DNA of 64,000 bases from an uncultured Candidatus Rokubacteria bacterium (GTDB taxonomy: Bacteria; Methylomirabilota; Methylomirabilia; Rokubacteriales; CSP1-6), in NCBI GenBank assembly GCA_963747235.1, contig CAVVEU010000024.1, forward strand, positions 94,349 to 158,348, read 5' to 3'. Under the pieces are notes generated by a model. It was not told the origin of the DNA. It did no database searches and worked only from the letters and a program-made list of their open reading frames with translations. Made by a program: the position numbers and the translations under genes. This document shows, piece after piece, positions 9,084 through 22,505 of the stretch (position 1 is the first letter of the stretch; each line of letters opens with the position of its first letter).

Positions 9084-9734
9084 ATGGCGCGACGGTCACC
9101 GTTCAAGATTCCCCGGATCCCGGAGATGACGGTGCGCCGCCTGTCCGTCTACACGCGGAGTCTCCAGCAGCTGGAGGAGGATGGCGTCAAGACCATCTCC
9201 TCCCAGGAGCTGGCGGAGCGCTTCAGCCTCAACTCGGCCCAGGTCCGCAAGGACCTCGCGTACTTCGGCGAGTTCGGGGTGCGCGGCATCGGCTACTACG
9301 TCTCCGGCCTCAAGGCCGAGCTGCAGCGCATCCTGGGGCTCGACCGGGAGTGGCAGGTGGCGCTCGTGGGCTTCGGCAACCTCGGCTCCGCCCTCTTCCA
9401 CTACAAGGGGTTCGCCCGCCAGGGCTTCCGGATCTCGACGATCTTCGACGAGGATCCGGCCAAGTGGGGCAAGGCGGTGGACGGCGTCGTCATCCAGTCC
9501 ATGGAGGACCTGCCGCGCGAGGCCAAGGCGCGCAATCTCCAGATCGCGATCGTGGCGGTGCCCGGGGAGTCCGCCCAGGTGGTCACCGAGAAGCTGGTGG
9601 CGGCCGGGATCAAGACCATCCTCAACTTCGCGCCGGGACGGATCAAGGCGGGCAAGGACGTCCGCCTGAAGAACGTGGACCTGGCCATCGAGCTGGAGAC
9701 GCTCTCCTTCTATCTCGCCCAGGGCTCCCGGTAG
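9084..9734 (+). CDS. rex: Redox-sensing transcriptional repressor Rex
   Basis: RRLSVY, SAQVRKDLAYFGEFGVRGIGY (winged helix), VGFGNLGSAL Rossmann motif, ILNFAP. Confidence 0.95.
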   Translation: MARRSPFKIPRIPEMTVRRLSVYTRSLQQLEEDGVKTISSQELAERFSLNSAQVRKDLAYFGEFGVRGIGYYVSGLKAELQRILGLDREWQVALVGFGNLGSALFHYKGFARQGFRISTIFDEDPAKWGKAVDGVVIQSMEDLPREAKARNLQIAIVAVPGESAQVVTEKLVAAGIKTILNFAPGRIKAGKDVRLKNVDLAIELETLSFYLAQGSR

Positions 9735-9735
9735 T

Positions 9736-9764
9736 TTGACGCGGGTCGCCGCCGGTGGTACCTC
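9736..9764 (+). promoter_or_regulatory. Possible mfd promoter
   Basis: TTGACG, 17 bp, TG-g-TACCTC (imperfect -10). Confidence 0.3.
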
Positions 9765-9783
9765 TGATGTGCTGTCGTCCGTG

Positions 9784-12700
9784 ATGATCGTGCCTGCCGG
9801 GTCCGTCCTGTCCCGCTGGGCCGCGCTCGAAGAGCTGCTCGCGGCCCTCCCAAAGGGAGCACTCTGCCTCCGCGCCGACGGCCTCTGGGGCTCCTCGCGC
9901 GCCCTGGTGGTGGCCGCGCTCCGGGAGCGCACCGGACGGCCGATCCTCCTGCTCACGCCGGGACCGTCCCCGCGTCACCGGATGGCGCAGGACGCCGCCT
10001 TCTTCGTGGCCTCGATCTCGGGCGGCCCCGCCGCGGGCGGCGACGACGGCGAGCACGCCCGCGTGCTCGAGTTCCCCTCGGGCACCGGCACCTCCTGGCG
10101 CGGCACTCGCCACCGGGAGCCGGACGCCGAGCGCGCGCTGTGCTGCCGGCGTCTGCTCGACGGCGACGCGGTGGTGATCGTGGCCACGCCGTCCGGGCTC
10201 TCGGAGCCGGTGCCGCCGCCCTCCGCCTTCCGGCGCCGCACGTTCACCTTGACGGTGGGGGAGAGCAGCGATCGCGAGATCCTCCTCGAGCTGCTCCAGG
10301 CGGCCGGCTACGAGCGCGTCGAGACCGTGATGGAGGTCGGGCAGTGGAGCGTGCGCGGCGGCATCGTGGACGTCTTCTCGCCCACCCACGCGCGGCCGGT
10401 GCGCGCCGAGTTCTCCGGTGACGAGGTGGAGTCCCTGCGCGTCTTCGATCCCACCACTCAGCGCTCGATCGCGCCGCTCCGCGAGCTGACCGTGCTGCCG
10501 CTGGGCTCGAAGGACGCGGCGCCGGTCACGCTGGTGGACTATCTGCCGCCTGCCACGCTGGTGGTGCTGGAGGATCCCGCGATGCTCGAGGCGCCGCCCG
10601 ACGACGCGCCCTCGGCGGCGCCGCTCGCCTCCGTGCTCGAGCGCTTCCAGCGCCTCGAGCTGCCGCTGCTCCAGCGCAGCGAGGGCGCGATGTCGATGGG
10701 CACGCGCGGGGTGGGCGGCTACCGCGGCCAGTTCAAGACGCTGGCCGGCGAGATCCGCACCTGGCGCGGCGAGGGCTTCACGGTGCGCCTGGTGGTGGAC
10801 GACGATCGGCAGAGCGCGCGGCTGCGCCAGATGCTGGCCGAGCACGATCTCGAGCCGTGGCCCGAGGGCACGCTCTGGAGCCAGGAAGGGCTCGCGGTGA
10901 TCGTGGGCGAGTGCGCGGCGGGCTTCCAGATCCCGGCGGTCGGCCTCATCGTGCTCTGCGAGGAGGAGATCTTCGGGGCCCAGCGCCGCCGCCTCCGGCG
11001 CCCGCTCTTCCAGCGCGGCGCGGCGATCGCCTCGTTCAACGACCTGGCCGCCAACGACCTGGTGGTGCACGAGCAGCACGGCATCGGCCGCTACCACGGC
11101 CTCCGCACCCTGTCCTCCGAGGGGCACGACGCCGACTTCCTGCTGCTGGAGTACGCCGACGGCGGCCGGCTCTACCTGCCCGTCGAGCGGCTCGACCTGA
11201 TCTCCAAGTACATGGGCGCGCCCGAGGGCTCGGCGCGGCTCGACCGGCTCGGGGGCGGCGCGTGGCAGCGCCTGAAGGAATCGGTGCGGGCCGCGCTGCG
11301 CGACATGGCCGAAGCCCTGCTCAAGCTCTACGCCACGCGCTCGGTCGCCGAGCGGCCGAACTTCTCGGACGACACGCCCTGGCAGGGCGAGTTCGAGGCC
11401 GCCTTCCGCTTCGAGGAGACGCCGGACCAGCTCCGCGCGATCGAGGAAGTGAAGACGGACATGGTGGGCGGCCGGCCGATGGACCGCCTGGTGGCGGGTG
11501 ACGTCGGCTACGGCAAGACGGAGGTCGCGCTCCGCGCGGCGTTCAAGGCGGTGGCCGACGGCCGGCAGGTGGCGGTGCTCGTGCCCACCACGGTGCTGGC
11601 CCAGCAGCACTTCAACACGTTCGTGGAGCGCTTCGGTCCGTTCCCGGCGCGCGTCGAGCTGCTCTCGCGCTTCCGCAGCCCGAAGGAGCAGAAGCAGGTG
11701 GTGGCGGGGCTCGCCGCGGGCGCGGTGGACGTGGTGGTGGGCACGCACCGGCTCCTGTCCAAGGACGTGGCGTTCAAGAATCTCGGGCTCCTGGTGGTGG
11801 ACGAGGAGCATCGCTTCGGCGTCTCCCACAAGGAGCGGCTCAAGCAGCTCCGCACCTCGGTGGACGTGCTGACGCTCACCGCCACCCCGATCCCGCGCAC
11901 GCTGCACATGGCGCTGTCCGGGGTGCGCGACCTCTCGGTCATCGAGACGCCGCCGCTGGACCGGCTGCCGGTGGAGACGGTGGTGACCGCGTTCAGCCGC
12001 GGGGTCATCAAGGAGGCGATCGAGCGGGAGCTGAACCGGGGCGGGCAGGTCTTCTTCGTCCACAACCGCATCCAGTCGCTCGCCTCCATGACGACCTTCA
12101 TCAAGAGCCTGGTCCCGGAGGCCCGGGTGGTGATGGGACACGGCCAGATGGCGGAGCGGGAGCTGGAGAGCGTGATGGTCAAGTTCGTGGACGGCCAGGC
12201 CGACGTCCTGGTCTCGACCGCCATCGTGGAATCGGGCCTGGACATCCCGGCCTCGAACACGATAATCATCAACCGGGCCGACCGGTTCGGCCTGGCCCAG
12301 CTCTACCAGCTCCGGGGGCGGGTGGGGCGGGAGCGGCAGCAGGCCTACGCCTACCTCCTGGTGCCCGCCGACGGGCGGGTGGACGAGACGGCCCAGCGGC
12401 GGCTGCGGGTGATCGAGGAGTCCACCGAGCTCGGGGCGGGGCTCCGACTGGCCATGCGGGATCTGGAGATCCGGGGTACCGGCAACCTGCTGGGGGCGGC
12501 CCAGCACGGGCACATCGCGGCGGTCGGATTCGATCTTTATAGCAAGCTCCTCGCGGAGGCCGTGAGAGACTTGAAGGGCGAAACGGCGGCCGAGCGCGTC
12601 GACCCGGTGATCTCGGCGGACGTCGAAGCGCTCCTGCCCGAAGCGTACGTCCCCGAGGTGAATCAGCGGCTGGCGCTCTACAAGCGGCTGGCCGAGATCG

Positions 12701-13032
12701 AGAAGCCCGAGGACGTGGCCGACGCCCGCGCGGAGCTGACCGATCGCTATGGCCCGCCGCCGCCCGCGGTGGAGGGGCTGCTGGACGTGGTGGGGCTCCG
12801 GGTGGCCGCCCGCGGGCTCGGGATCGAGCGGGTGGAGGCGGGCGGCGGGCGCGCGGTGCTGACCTTCGCGCCGTCGACGCCGGTGACGCCTTCGCAGATG
12901 CTCAAGACGATCGCGGCCAGCCGCGGCGCTCTCAAGTTGAGAAAGGAGTACACGGTGGAAGCGCGGATCCCTGCCGAGCCCTGGCCTGCGGTGCGCGACG
13001 CCCTCGCGAAGCTCCTGGAGTCCCTCCGATGA
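9784..13032 (+). CDS. mfd: Transcription-repair coupling factor
   Basis: SVRGGIVDVF, LVVHEQHGIGRY (RID), FEETPDQ, GDVGYGKTEVA, DEEHRFGV, QLRGRVGR, RDLEIRGTGNLLG. The start is uncertain (9736/9781/9784). Confidence 0.95.
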   Translation: MIVPAGSVLSRWAALEELLAALPKGALCLRADGLWGSSRALVVAALRERTGRPILLLTPGPSPRHRMAQDAAFFVASISGGPAAGGDDGEHARVLEFPSGTGTSWRGTRHREPDAERALCCRRLLDGDAVVIVATPSGLSEPVPPPSAFRRRTFTLTVGESSDREILLELLQAAGYERVETVMEVGQWSVRGGIVDVFSPTHARPVRAEFSGDEVESLRVFDPTTQRSIAPLRELTVLPLGSKDAAPVTLVDYLPPATLVVLEDPAMLEAPPDDAPSAAPLASVLERFQRLELPLLQRSEGAMSMGTRGVGGYRGQFKTLAGEIRTWRGEGFTVRLVVDDDRQSARLRQMLAEHDLEPWPEGTLWSQEGLAVIVGECAAGFQIPAVGLIVLCEEEIFGAQRRRLRRPLFQRGAAIASFNDLAANDLVVHEQHGIGRYHGLRTLSSEGHDADFLLLEYADGGRLYLPVERLDLISKYMGAPEGSARLDRLGGGAWQRLKESVRAALRDMAEALLKLYATRSVAERPNFSDDTPWQGEFEAAFRFEETPDQLRAIEEVKTDMVGGRPMDRLVAGDVGYGKTEVALRAAFKAVADGRQVAVLVPTTVLAQQHFNTFVERFGPFPARVELLSRFRSPKEQKQVVAGLAAGAVDVVVGTHRLLSKDVAFKNLGLLVVDEEHRFGVSHKERLKQLRTSVDVLTLTATPIPRTLHMALSGVRDLSVIETPPLDRLPVETVVTAFSRGVIKEAIERELNRGGQVFFVHNRIQSLASMTTFIKSLVPEARVVMGHGQMAERELESVMVKFVDGQADVLVSTAIVESGLDIPASNTIIINRADRFGLAQLYQLRGRVGRERQQAYAYLLVPADGRVDETAQRRLRVIEESTELGAGLRLAMRDLEIRGTGNLLGAAQHGHIAAVGFDLYSKLLAEAVRDLKGETAAERVDPVISADVEALLPEAYVPEVNQRLALYKRLAEIEKPEDVADARAELTDRYGPPPPAVEGLLDVVGLRVAARGLGIERVEAGGGRAVLTFAPSTPVTPSQMLKTIAASRGALKLRKEYTVEARIPAEPWPAVRDALAKLLESLR

Positions 13033-14111
13033 GCCCGCGCGGCATCGCCGCGGTCACCTTGCTGGTCTTTCCCTTGATGATCTCGGGCTGCTCGATCCCG
13101 ACCTGGGTGCCGCTGCTCGGCAAGAGCAAGCCGGCGGCGCCGGCCGAGACCCCGGTCGCGCAGCCGCCCACTTCCGCGCCGATCCTGACCTCGCGGGATC
13201 AGCTCCACGCCTCCGAGGACGTGGTGGATCGCGTGATCTGCGTGGTGAACAACGACGCGATCACCCAGTACGAGCTGGACGAGGCCGAGCTCTACTACCT
13301 GGCCGAGACGCGGCAGCGGCCCTCCGACGGCGAGGCGCGCAAGGTGCTGCGCACCCAGCTCCTGCAGAACCTGATCGAGAACCGGATCCAGCTCCAGCAG
13401 GCCGAGCGGGAGAAGGTGGTGATCGAGGACCTGGAGCTCGCCGAGGCGCTCGGCGACATCATGAAGAAGCTCAAGGCCAGGGACGAGGCCGAATTCGAGA
13501 GCATGATCAAGACGCAGGGCCTCACCCTGGAGGGCGTCAAGAAGCGGCTGCGCGAGCAGCTCATGGTCCAGCGGGTGGTCCGCCGCAAGGTCGCCCTGCG
13601 CATCTCGGTCACCGAGCAGGAGATCGACCGGTACCTCACCGAGAACCGCGAGAAGCTCGAGACCGGCCTCACCTTCGGGGCCCGGCACATTCTGGTGGTG
13701 CCGGATCCGGCCAAGGGCGAGGAGGGCTGGACCGCGGCGCGGCTCCGGGCGGACGAGATCTACGGACATCTGCTCGAGGGGCAGGACTTCATCGAGCTGG
13801 CCAAGAAGTACTCGGACGATCCGTCCGGCAAGGACGGCGGCTCGCTCGGCAATCTCAAGAAGGGCGAGCTCGCGCAGGACATCGAGGACGCGATCCTGCG
13901 TCTCGCCCCGGGCGAGGCCTCGACGCCGTTCCGCTCGAAGATCGGCTATCACCTCTTCCGTCTCGACTCGCGCGACGCCCTCACCGGGGACGCGCTCGTG
14001 CAGGCCCGCGGCCAGATCCGCGAGATCCTCTACCGCCAGAAGTACGACACGCGGCTCAAGGACTGGCTCGTGGAGATCAAGCAGCGCGCGATCATCGATA
14101 TCCGTATGTAA
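13029..14111 (+). CDS. SurA-like chaperone / parvulin PPIase, probably a lipoprotein
   Basis: Signal peptide with ISGC lipobox; VDRVICVVNNDAIT SurA N-domain; ARHIL, FIELAKKYSDDPS, GGSLG, GYHL rotamase motifs. Confidence 0.8.
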   Translation: MSPRGIAAVTLLVFPLMISGCSIPTWVPLLGKSKPAAPAETPVAQPPTSAPILTSRDQLHASEDVVDRVICVVNNDAITQYELDEAELYYLAETRQRPSDGEARKVLRTQLLQNLIENRIQLQQAEREKVVIEDLELAEALGDIMKKLKARDEAEFESMIKTQGLTLEGVKKRLREQLMVQRVVRRKVALRISVTEQEIDRYLTENREKLETGLTFGARHILVVPDPAKGEEGWTAARLRADEIYGHLLEGQDFIELAKKYSDDPSGKDGGSLGNLKKGELAQDIEDAILRLAPGEASTPFRSKIGYHLFRLDSRDALTGDALVQARGQIREILYRQKYDTRLKDWLVEIKQRAIIDIRM

Positions 14112-14118
14112 ATCGGGG

Positions 14119-14148
14119 TTGACAGGGCCGGAAACCGTGTGGGACAGT
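14119..14148 (+). promoter_or_regulatory. Possible rho promoter
   Basis: Perfect TTGACA at 14119-14124; weak extended -10 TG-g-GACAGT. Confidence 0.35.
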
Positions 14149-14353
14149 GGTTCGCGAAGCACGGTAGCCAACCTCCTAGAGAGTAGACCCGCACACACGC
14201 AACCCGCCGGAGACGACTATCTCTTCTTCAGAACGTACCCCGAAGCGTCCCTCGCCGAAGCCGCCGTCTGCCGCCCCCGCCGAGCAGCCCGTCACTGCCG
14301 AGCAGCCCATCACGGTTGAGACCAGCGGGGTGGTCGGTGCAGGAGGAAAACGG

Positions 14354-15607
14354 ATGAACCTGTCCGAGCTCAAGGACAAGACCATCACCGATCTCAACAA
14401 CGTCGCCAAGGAGCTCGGCGTCCAGGGCACCAGCGGTCTTCGCAAGCAGGACCTGATCTTCAAGATCCTGCAGGGGCAGGCCGAGCGCGACGGGCTCATC
14501 TTCGCGGAGGGCGTGCTGGAAGTGCTGCCCGACGGCTTCGGCTTCCTCCGCGCGCCGGACTACAACTACCTGCCGGGTCCCGACGACATCTACGTCTCGC
14601 CCTCGCAGATCCGCCGCTTCGACCTGCGCACCGGCGACACCATCTCCGGGCAGGTGCGGCCGCCCAAGGACAGCGAGCGCTACTTCGCGCTGCTCAAGGT
14701 CGAGGCGATCAACTTCGAGACGCCGGAGCAGGCGCGCGACAAGACGCTCTTCGACAACCTGACCCCGCTCTATCCGATGGAGCGGCTCCGGCTCGAGCAC
14801 GACTCGGACAACCTGACCACCCGGGCGATGGATCTCCTGTGTCCGATCGGCAAGGGCCAGCGCGGCCTGATCGTGGCCGCGCCGCGCACCGGCAAGACGG
14901 TGCTGCTGCAGAACCTCGCCAACGCCATCGCCAAGAACCACCCCGAGGTGTACCTGATCGTCCTGCTCATCGACGAGCGGCCGGAAGAGGTCACCGACAT
15001 GCAGCGCTCGGTGAAGGGCGAGGTCATCTCCTCCACCTTCGACGAGCCGCCGCAGCGGCACGTGCAGGTGGCGGACATGGTGATCGAGAAGGCCAAGCGC
15101 CTCGTCGAGCACAAGCGCGACGTCGTGATCCTGCTCGATTCGATCACCCGCTTCGCCCGCGCCCACAACGCGGTCATCCCGTCGTCCGGCAAGGTGCTCT
15201 CGGGCGGTCTCGACGCCAACGCGCTCCAGCGGCCCCGCCGGTTCTTCGCGGCGGCCCGGAACGTGGAGGAGGGCGGCTCGCTCACCATCATGGCCACCGC
15301 CCTCATCGACACCGGCTCCCGGATGGACGACGTGATCTTCGAGGAGTTCAAGGGCACCGGCAACATGGAGGTGCACCTGGACCGGCGGTTGATGGACAAG
15401 CGGATCTTCCCGACCATCAACATCGAGCAGACCGGCACCCGGAAGGAAGAGCTCCTGCTGGAGAAGGACGAGCTGCAGAAGGTCTGGCTGCTCCGCAAGG
15501 CCCTGTCCCAGCTCAACCCGGTCGAGGCCATGGAGCTGCTGCTCGACAAGCTCAAAATGGTCAAGAGTAACAAGGACTTCCTGAACCAGATGAACCAGCT
15601 TGGCTAG
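14354..15607 (+). CDS. rho: Transcription termination factor Rho
   Basis: [83 protein letters not shown]. Confidence 0.97.
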   Translation: MNLSELKDKTITDLNNVAKELGVQGTSGLRKQDLIFKILQGQAERDGLIFAEGVLEVLPDGFGFLRAPDYNYLPGPDDIYVSPSQIRRFDLRTGDTISGQVRPPKDSERYFALLKVEAINFETPEQARDKTLFDNLTPLYPMERLRLEHDSDNLTTRAMDLLCPIGKGQRGLIVAAPRTGKTVLLQNLANAIAKNHPEVYLIVLLIDERPEEVTDMQRSVKGEVISSTFDEPPQRHVQVADMVIEKAKRLVEHKRDVVILLDSITRFARAHNAVIPSSGKVLSGGLDANALQRPRRFFAAARNVEEGGSLTIMATALIDTGSRMDDVIFEEFKGTGNMEVHLDRRLMDKRIFPTINIEQTGTRKEELLLEKDELQKVWLLRKALSQLNPVEAMELLLDKLKMVKSNKDFLNQMNQLG

Positions 15608-15616
15608 GCCGGATTT

Positions 15617-15645
15617 TTGCCTTTTCGCGCTCTCCCTGCTATTCT
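15617..15645 (+). promoter_or_regulatory. Sigma70-type promoter of rpmE-prfA
   Basis: TTGCCT, 17 bp, TG-c-TATTCT. Confidence 0.6.
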
Positions 15646-15670
15646 CTGAGATCCATCTAGGAGGTGCGCC

Positions 15671-15886
15671 GTGAAGGCTGGCATTCATCCGGACTACGTT
15701 GATACGACGATCACCTGCAACTGCGGGGAAGTCATCCACACCCGCTCCACCGTCCCGACCATCAAGGTCGAGGTGTGCTCCAAGTGCCACCCCTTCTTCA
15801 CGGGGAAGCAGCGGTTCCTGGACACCGCCGGGCGGGTCGAGCGCTTCCAGCAGAAGTACAAGAGGAAGACGGTTACCGAGGGGTAG
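15671..15886 (+). CDS. rpmE: 50S ribosomal protein L31 (Zn-binding type)
   Basis: [25 protein letters not shown]. Confidence 0.95.
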   Translation: MKAGIHPDYVDTTITCNCGEVIHTRSTVPTIKVEVCSKCHPFFTGKQRFLDTAGRVERFQQKYKRKTVTEG

Positions 15887-15998
15887 GGCCCGGCTCGGCG
15901 CCGCGCTCGGCGAAGAGCCACAGATCCACCATCCGTTACTCGGTCGTCTCCAGCCGCGGCGGCGCCCTCTTCCGGGTTTCACTCCCTGAGGCGTCACC

Positions 15999-17069
15999 AT
16001 GTTCGACAAGCTCCGGCAGATCGAAGAGCGTTACGGCGAGCTGAACCGCTTGCTGTCCGATCCCCAGGTGATCGGGCAGCCATCGGTCTATGCGAAGACC
16101 GCCAAGGCCGCGGCCGACCTGGCCGACACGGTGCAGAAGTTCGACGACTACAAGAGCGTGCTCGCCCGCATCTCGGAGGCCCGCCACATCCTGGCCGAGG
16201 ACTCCGACCGCGAGATGCGCGAGCTGGCCCAGGCCGAGATCGACGAGCTGACCGCGCGGCAGGCCAAGCTCGAGGAGGAGCTGCGGGGCCTCCTCATCCC
16301 GCGCGACCCCAACGACGACAAGAACGTCTTCCTGGAGATCCGGGCCGGCGCGGGCGGTGACGAGGCCGGCCTCTTCGCGGCCGAGCTGTTCCGCATGTAC
16401 ACCAAGTACGCGGAGCGGCAGCGCTGGAAGTGGGAGGTCATCGACAGCCATCCCACCGGGGTGGGCGGCCTCAAGGAAGTGGTCGCGCTGGTGCAGGGCC
16501 GCGGGGCGTGGAGCCGGCTCAAGTACGAGCGGGGCGTGCACCGCGTGCAGCGCGTGCCGGCCACCGAGTCGAGCGGGCGCATCCACACCTCGACCGTGAC
16601 GGTGGCGGTGCTGCCGGAGGCGGAGGACGTGGACGTGAAGGTGGACGAGAAGGACATCCAGGTGGACGTCTACCGCTCCTCGGGGCCGGGCGGGCAGGGC
16701 GTCAACACGACCGACTCCGCGGTGCGGCTCACCCACCTGCCCACCGGGCTGGTCGTCACCTGCCAGGACGAGCGCTCGCAGATCAAGAACCGCGCGAAGG
16801 CCCTGCGGGTGCTGAAGGCGCGCCTGCTGGAGCGGGCGCAGGAGGAGCAGGCCGCCGCCATCGCGGCCGACCGGCGCAGCCAGGTCGGCACCGGGGAGCG
16901 CAGCGAGCGCATCCGCACCTACAACTTCCCCCAGGGCCGCGTCAGCGATCACCGCATCAACGTCACGCTGCACCGGCTGCCCGCCGTGCTGGAGGGCGAT
17001 CTCGACGAGCTGATCGACGGGCTGCGCGATCGCGAGCAGAGCCAGAAGCTCGCGGAGAGCGTGACGTGA
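15999..17069 (+). CDS. prfA: Peptide chain release factor 1
   Basis: [13 protein letters not shown] (PxT), [10 protein letters not shown] (GGQ), [11 protein letters not shown]. Confidence 0.97.
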   Translation: MFDKLRQIEERYGELNRLLSDPQVIGQPSVYAKTAKAAADLADTVQKFDDYKSVLARISEARHILAEDSDREMRELAQAEIDELTARQAKLEEELRGLLIPRDPNDDKNVFLEIRAGAGGDEAGLFAAELFRMYTKYAERQRWKWEVIDSHPTGVGGLKEVVALVQGRGAWSRLKYERGVHRVQRVPATESSGRIHTSTVTVAVLPEAEDVDVKVDEKDIQVDVYRSSGPGGQGVNTTDSAVRLTHLPTGLVVTCQDERSQIKNRAKALRVLKARLLERAQEEQAAAIAADRRSQVGTGERSERIRTYNFPQGRVSDHRINVTLHRLPAVLEGDLDELIDGLRDREQSQKLAESVT

Positions 17070-17995
17070 TCGGGGTCGCCGCGGATTCGACCGTTCCCGC
17101 GCTGCTCGGGCGCGCGGCCGCCGCGCTCGAGGAGGCCGGGATCGAGACCGCGCGCCCGGAGGCCGAGTGGCTCCTGGCCGGGCTCCTCGCACGTCGAGCG
17201 CTTCGCCCTCTATCTCGAGCCGACGCGCCGGCTGACCGAGGCGGAGGCCGCCCACTACCGGGAGCTGATCGAACGCCGCGCGCGCCGCGAGCCGCTGCAG
17301 TACCTGCTCGGCTGGGAGGACTTCCACGGCCTGCGCCTGGCCGTCACCCCCGACGTGCTGGTGCCGCGCCCGGAGACCGAAGGCCTCGTGGAGTGGGCGC
17401 TGGAAGTCCTCGCGGGCCGCCTGGATCCGGTGATCGCCGACCTCGGCACCGGCAGCGGCGCCATCGCCTGCGCGCTGGCGGCGGCGCTGCCCCGCGCCGA
17501 GGTGCTGGCCGTCGAGCTGGCCGGGGGCGCCCTCGCCGTCGCGTCCCGGAACGTCCGCGAGCTCGGGCTCTCCGAGCGGGTGCGGCTGCTCGCGGGGGAT
17601 CTCTTCGCGCCGCTCGGCGCGCTCTCCGCGAGCCTCGACATGGTGGTGGCGAACCCGCCGTACCTGCGGAGCGCGGTGATCGCGTCGCTGCCGCCCGAGG
17701 TCTCACGGCACGAGCCGCGCGCGGCGCTGGACGGCGGCCCGGACGGCCTCGGCGTGCTCCGCCGCATCGTGGCGGGCGCGCCCCCGGTGCTGAAGCCGGG
17801 CGGGTGGCTCCTGATGGAGATCGGCGAGGAGCAGGCGGGCCCGCTCGCCTCGCTCATGGCCGCGGAGGGATTCTCCGGCATCCGGGCCCGGCGGGATCTG
17901 AACGGTGTGGAGCGCTACATCGGCGGGCGCTGGGAGGACACGGAGACGACGCTCGCGGTCTGCGCCTCCGGCGCGGCCCGACGGGAGGGCTGCTG

Positions 17996-17996
<1 letters not shown>
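17066..17996 (+). CDS. prmC: Release factor glutamine methyltransferase; +1 frameshift near 17190
   Basis: [42 protein letters not shown]. The N-terminus is in another frame up to ~17190. Confidence 0.88.
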
Positions 17997-19248
<1,252 letters not shown>

Positions 19249-19252
<4 letters not shown>

Positions 19253-19883
19253 CGACCTCGCTGACGCTCGCGCTGCCCAAGGGCCGGCTGCTGGACCCCG
19301 CGCTGGCCCTGCTCGCGGGCATGGGCATCCGGGGCTTCGAGCCCGATTCGCGCCGGCTCCTGCTGACCGACGAGGCGGCGGGGCTGCGCTTCATCCTGCT
19401 CAAGCCGGCCGACATCCCGACCTACGTGGAATACGGCGCCGCCGACCTCGGCATCGTGGGCAAGGACATCCTGCTCGAGCAGCAGCCGGACGTGTACGAG
19501 CCGGTGGACCTGGGCTTCGGCTTCTGCCGCCTGGTCGTCGCCGAGGCCCGCGAGCTGTGGGAGCGCGACGATCCGGCCAAGTGGTCCTGGGTGCGGGTGG
19601 CCACCAAGTATCCGCGCCTGACCGAGGAGTACTTCTCGGAGCGCGGGATCCAGGTGGAGATGGTGAAGCTCGACGGCTCCATCGAGCTGGCGCCGCTGGT
19701 CGGCCTGGCCGAGCGCATCGTGGACCTGGTGCAGTCCGGCGAGACGCTGCGGGCGAACGGGCTCGTGGAGGTGGCCGAGATCCTGACCTCCACCGCGCGG
19801 CTCATCGTCAACCGGGCCTCGCTCAAGACCCAGCACGCGCGGGTCAACCAGCTGATCACCGCCATGCGCGAGAAAGTCGCGCG

Positions 19884-19887
<4 letters not shown>
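19249..19887 (+). CDS. hisG: ATP phosphoribosyltransferase, short form
   Basis: [49 protein letters not shown]. At 212 aa it has no C-terminal regulatory domain. Confidence 0.95.
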
Positions 19888-21191
<1,304 letters not shown>

Positions 21192-21195
<4 letters not shown>

Positions 21196-21803
21196 CGGGG
21201 AAGACGGAGCCGGCGGTGCCACGGCAGAGCCGGATCGAGCGCAACACGAAGGAGACGCAGATCGTCCTCACGCTCAACCTGGACGGCACCGGCGCCGCCA
21301 AGGTGGACACCGGCATCCCCTTCTTCAACCACATGCTCGAGGCGTGGTCGAAGCACGCGCTGATGGACCTGGCGGTGGACGCCAAGGGCGATCTCGACGT
21401 GGATCTCCACCACACGGTGGAGGACGTGGGGATCTGCCTGGGCAAGGCGCTCCGCGAGGCGGTCGGCGACAAGAAGGGCATCGTGCGCTACGGGGCCTCG
21501 TTCCTGCCCATGGACGAGGCGCTGCTGCACGCCGCGGTGGACATCTCGGGGCGGCCCTATCTCGTCTTCAACGTGCCGCTCCAGCGCACCCGGATCGCCA
21601 ACTTCGATCTCGACCTGCTCAAGGACTTCTTCCGCGCGGTGGCGGTGAACGCGGAGATCACGCTCCACCTCAACATGCACTACGGCGAGAACCTCCACCA
21701 CATCGCGGAGGCCACCTTCAAGGCGGCCGGCCGCGCCCTCGCCGAGGCCACCCGCCTCAATCCGCGAATCACGGGCATCCTGTCCACCAAGGGCAGCCTG
21801 TAG
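21192..21803 (+). CDS. hisB: Imidazoleglycerol-phosphate dehydratase
   Basis: [57 protein letters not shown]. Confidence 0.96.
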
Positions 21804-21812
21804 AGGCAGCGT

Positions 21813-22497
21813 GTGATCGCCATCGTCGACTACGGCCGCGGCAATCTCGGCAGCGTGGAGAAGGCCTTCGCGCGGATCGGCATGCCCGCCGTCGTCACCC
21901 AGGACCCGAAGGTGGTGGACGACGCGGAAGCGGTGGTGCTGCCCGGCGACGGCGCCTTTCACGACGCGATGGGTAGCCTCCAGGCGCTGGGGCTGATCGC
22001 GCCGCTCCGGGCGTGCTTCGAGAGCGCGCGGCCGTTCTTCGGGATCTGCCTCGGCTACCAGCTCCTCTTCTCGGAGAGCGAGGAGTTCGGCCAGGGCAAG
22101 GGCCTCGACGTCATCCCGGGCGCGGTGCGGCGCTTCCCGGCCGGGTCTCAAGGTGCCGCACATGGGCTGGAACCAGGTCGCGCACCGGGGCGACCTGCCG
22201 CTCTTCGACGGGATCCCGAGCGGGGCGCACTTCTACTTCGTGCACTCCTACTATCCGGAGACCGCCGACACTTCGCTCCGGGTCGCGACCTGCACCTACG
22301 GGCTCACGTTCCCGGCGGCCGTCTCGCGCGGCGCCCTCCACGCCACCCAGTTCCACCCCGAGAAGAGCCAGCGCTGGGGCATCCGCATGCTCGAGAACTT
22401 CGCGGCCATCGTGCGCGATCGCGCTGAGAGGATCGAGATGGCCGAGGTGCAGCCGAAGGCGAGCCGAGGAGACCATGAACCGCCGAGCGGATGGTAG
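21813..22497 (+). CDS. hisH: IGP synthase glutaminase subunit; +1 frameshift near 22145; C-terminal extension derived from the palindromic element
   Basis: IAIVDYGRGNLGSV, LPGDGAF, GICLGYQLL, then VPHMGWN, FYFVHSY, QFHPEKS in the next frame. Confidence 0.92.
22441..22492 (+). repeat. Dispersed palindromic element, copy 2 (3' end of hisH) plus a second 3'-arm fragment
   Basis: GCCGAGGTGCAGCCGAAGGCGAGCCGAG (22441-22468; 26/28 to copy 5), then GCCGAGCGGAT at 22482-22492. Confidence 0.75.
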
Positions 22498-22505
22498 GTA
22501 GCTCA

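Noticed and set aside
15887-15998. rpmE-prfA spacer as an ncRNA or element copy
   Set aside because: It has only imperfect GC-rich pairing and a partial GCTCGGC match, with no recognisable motif.
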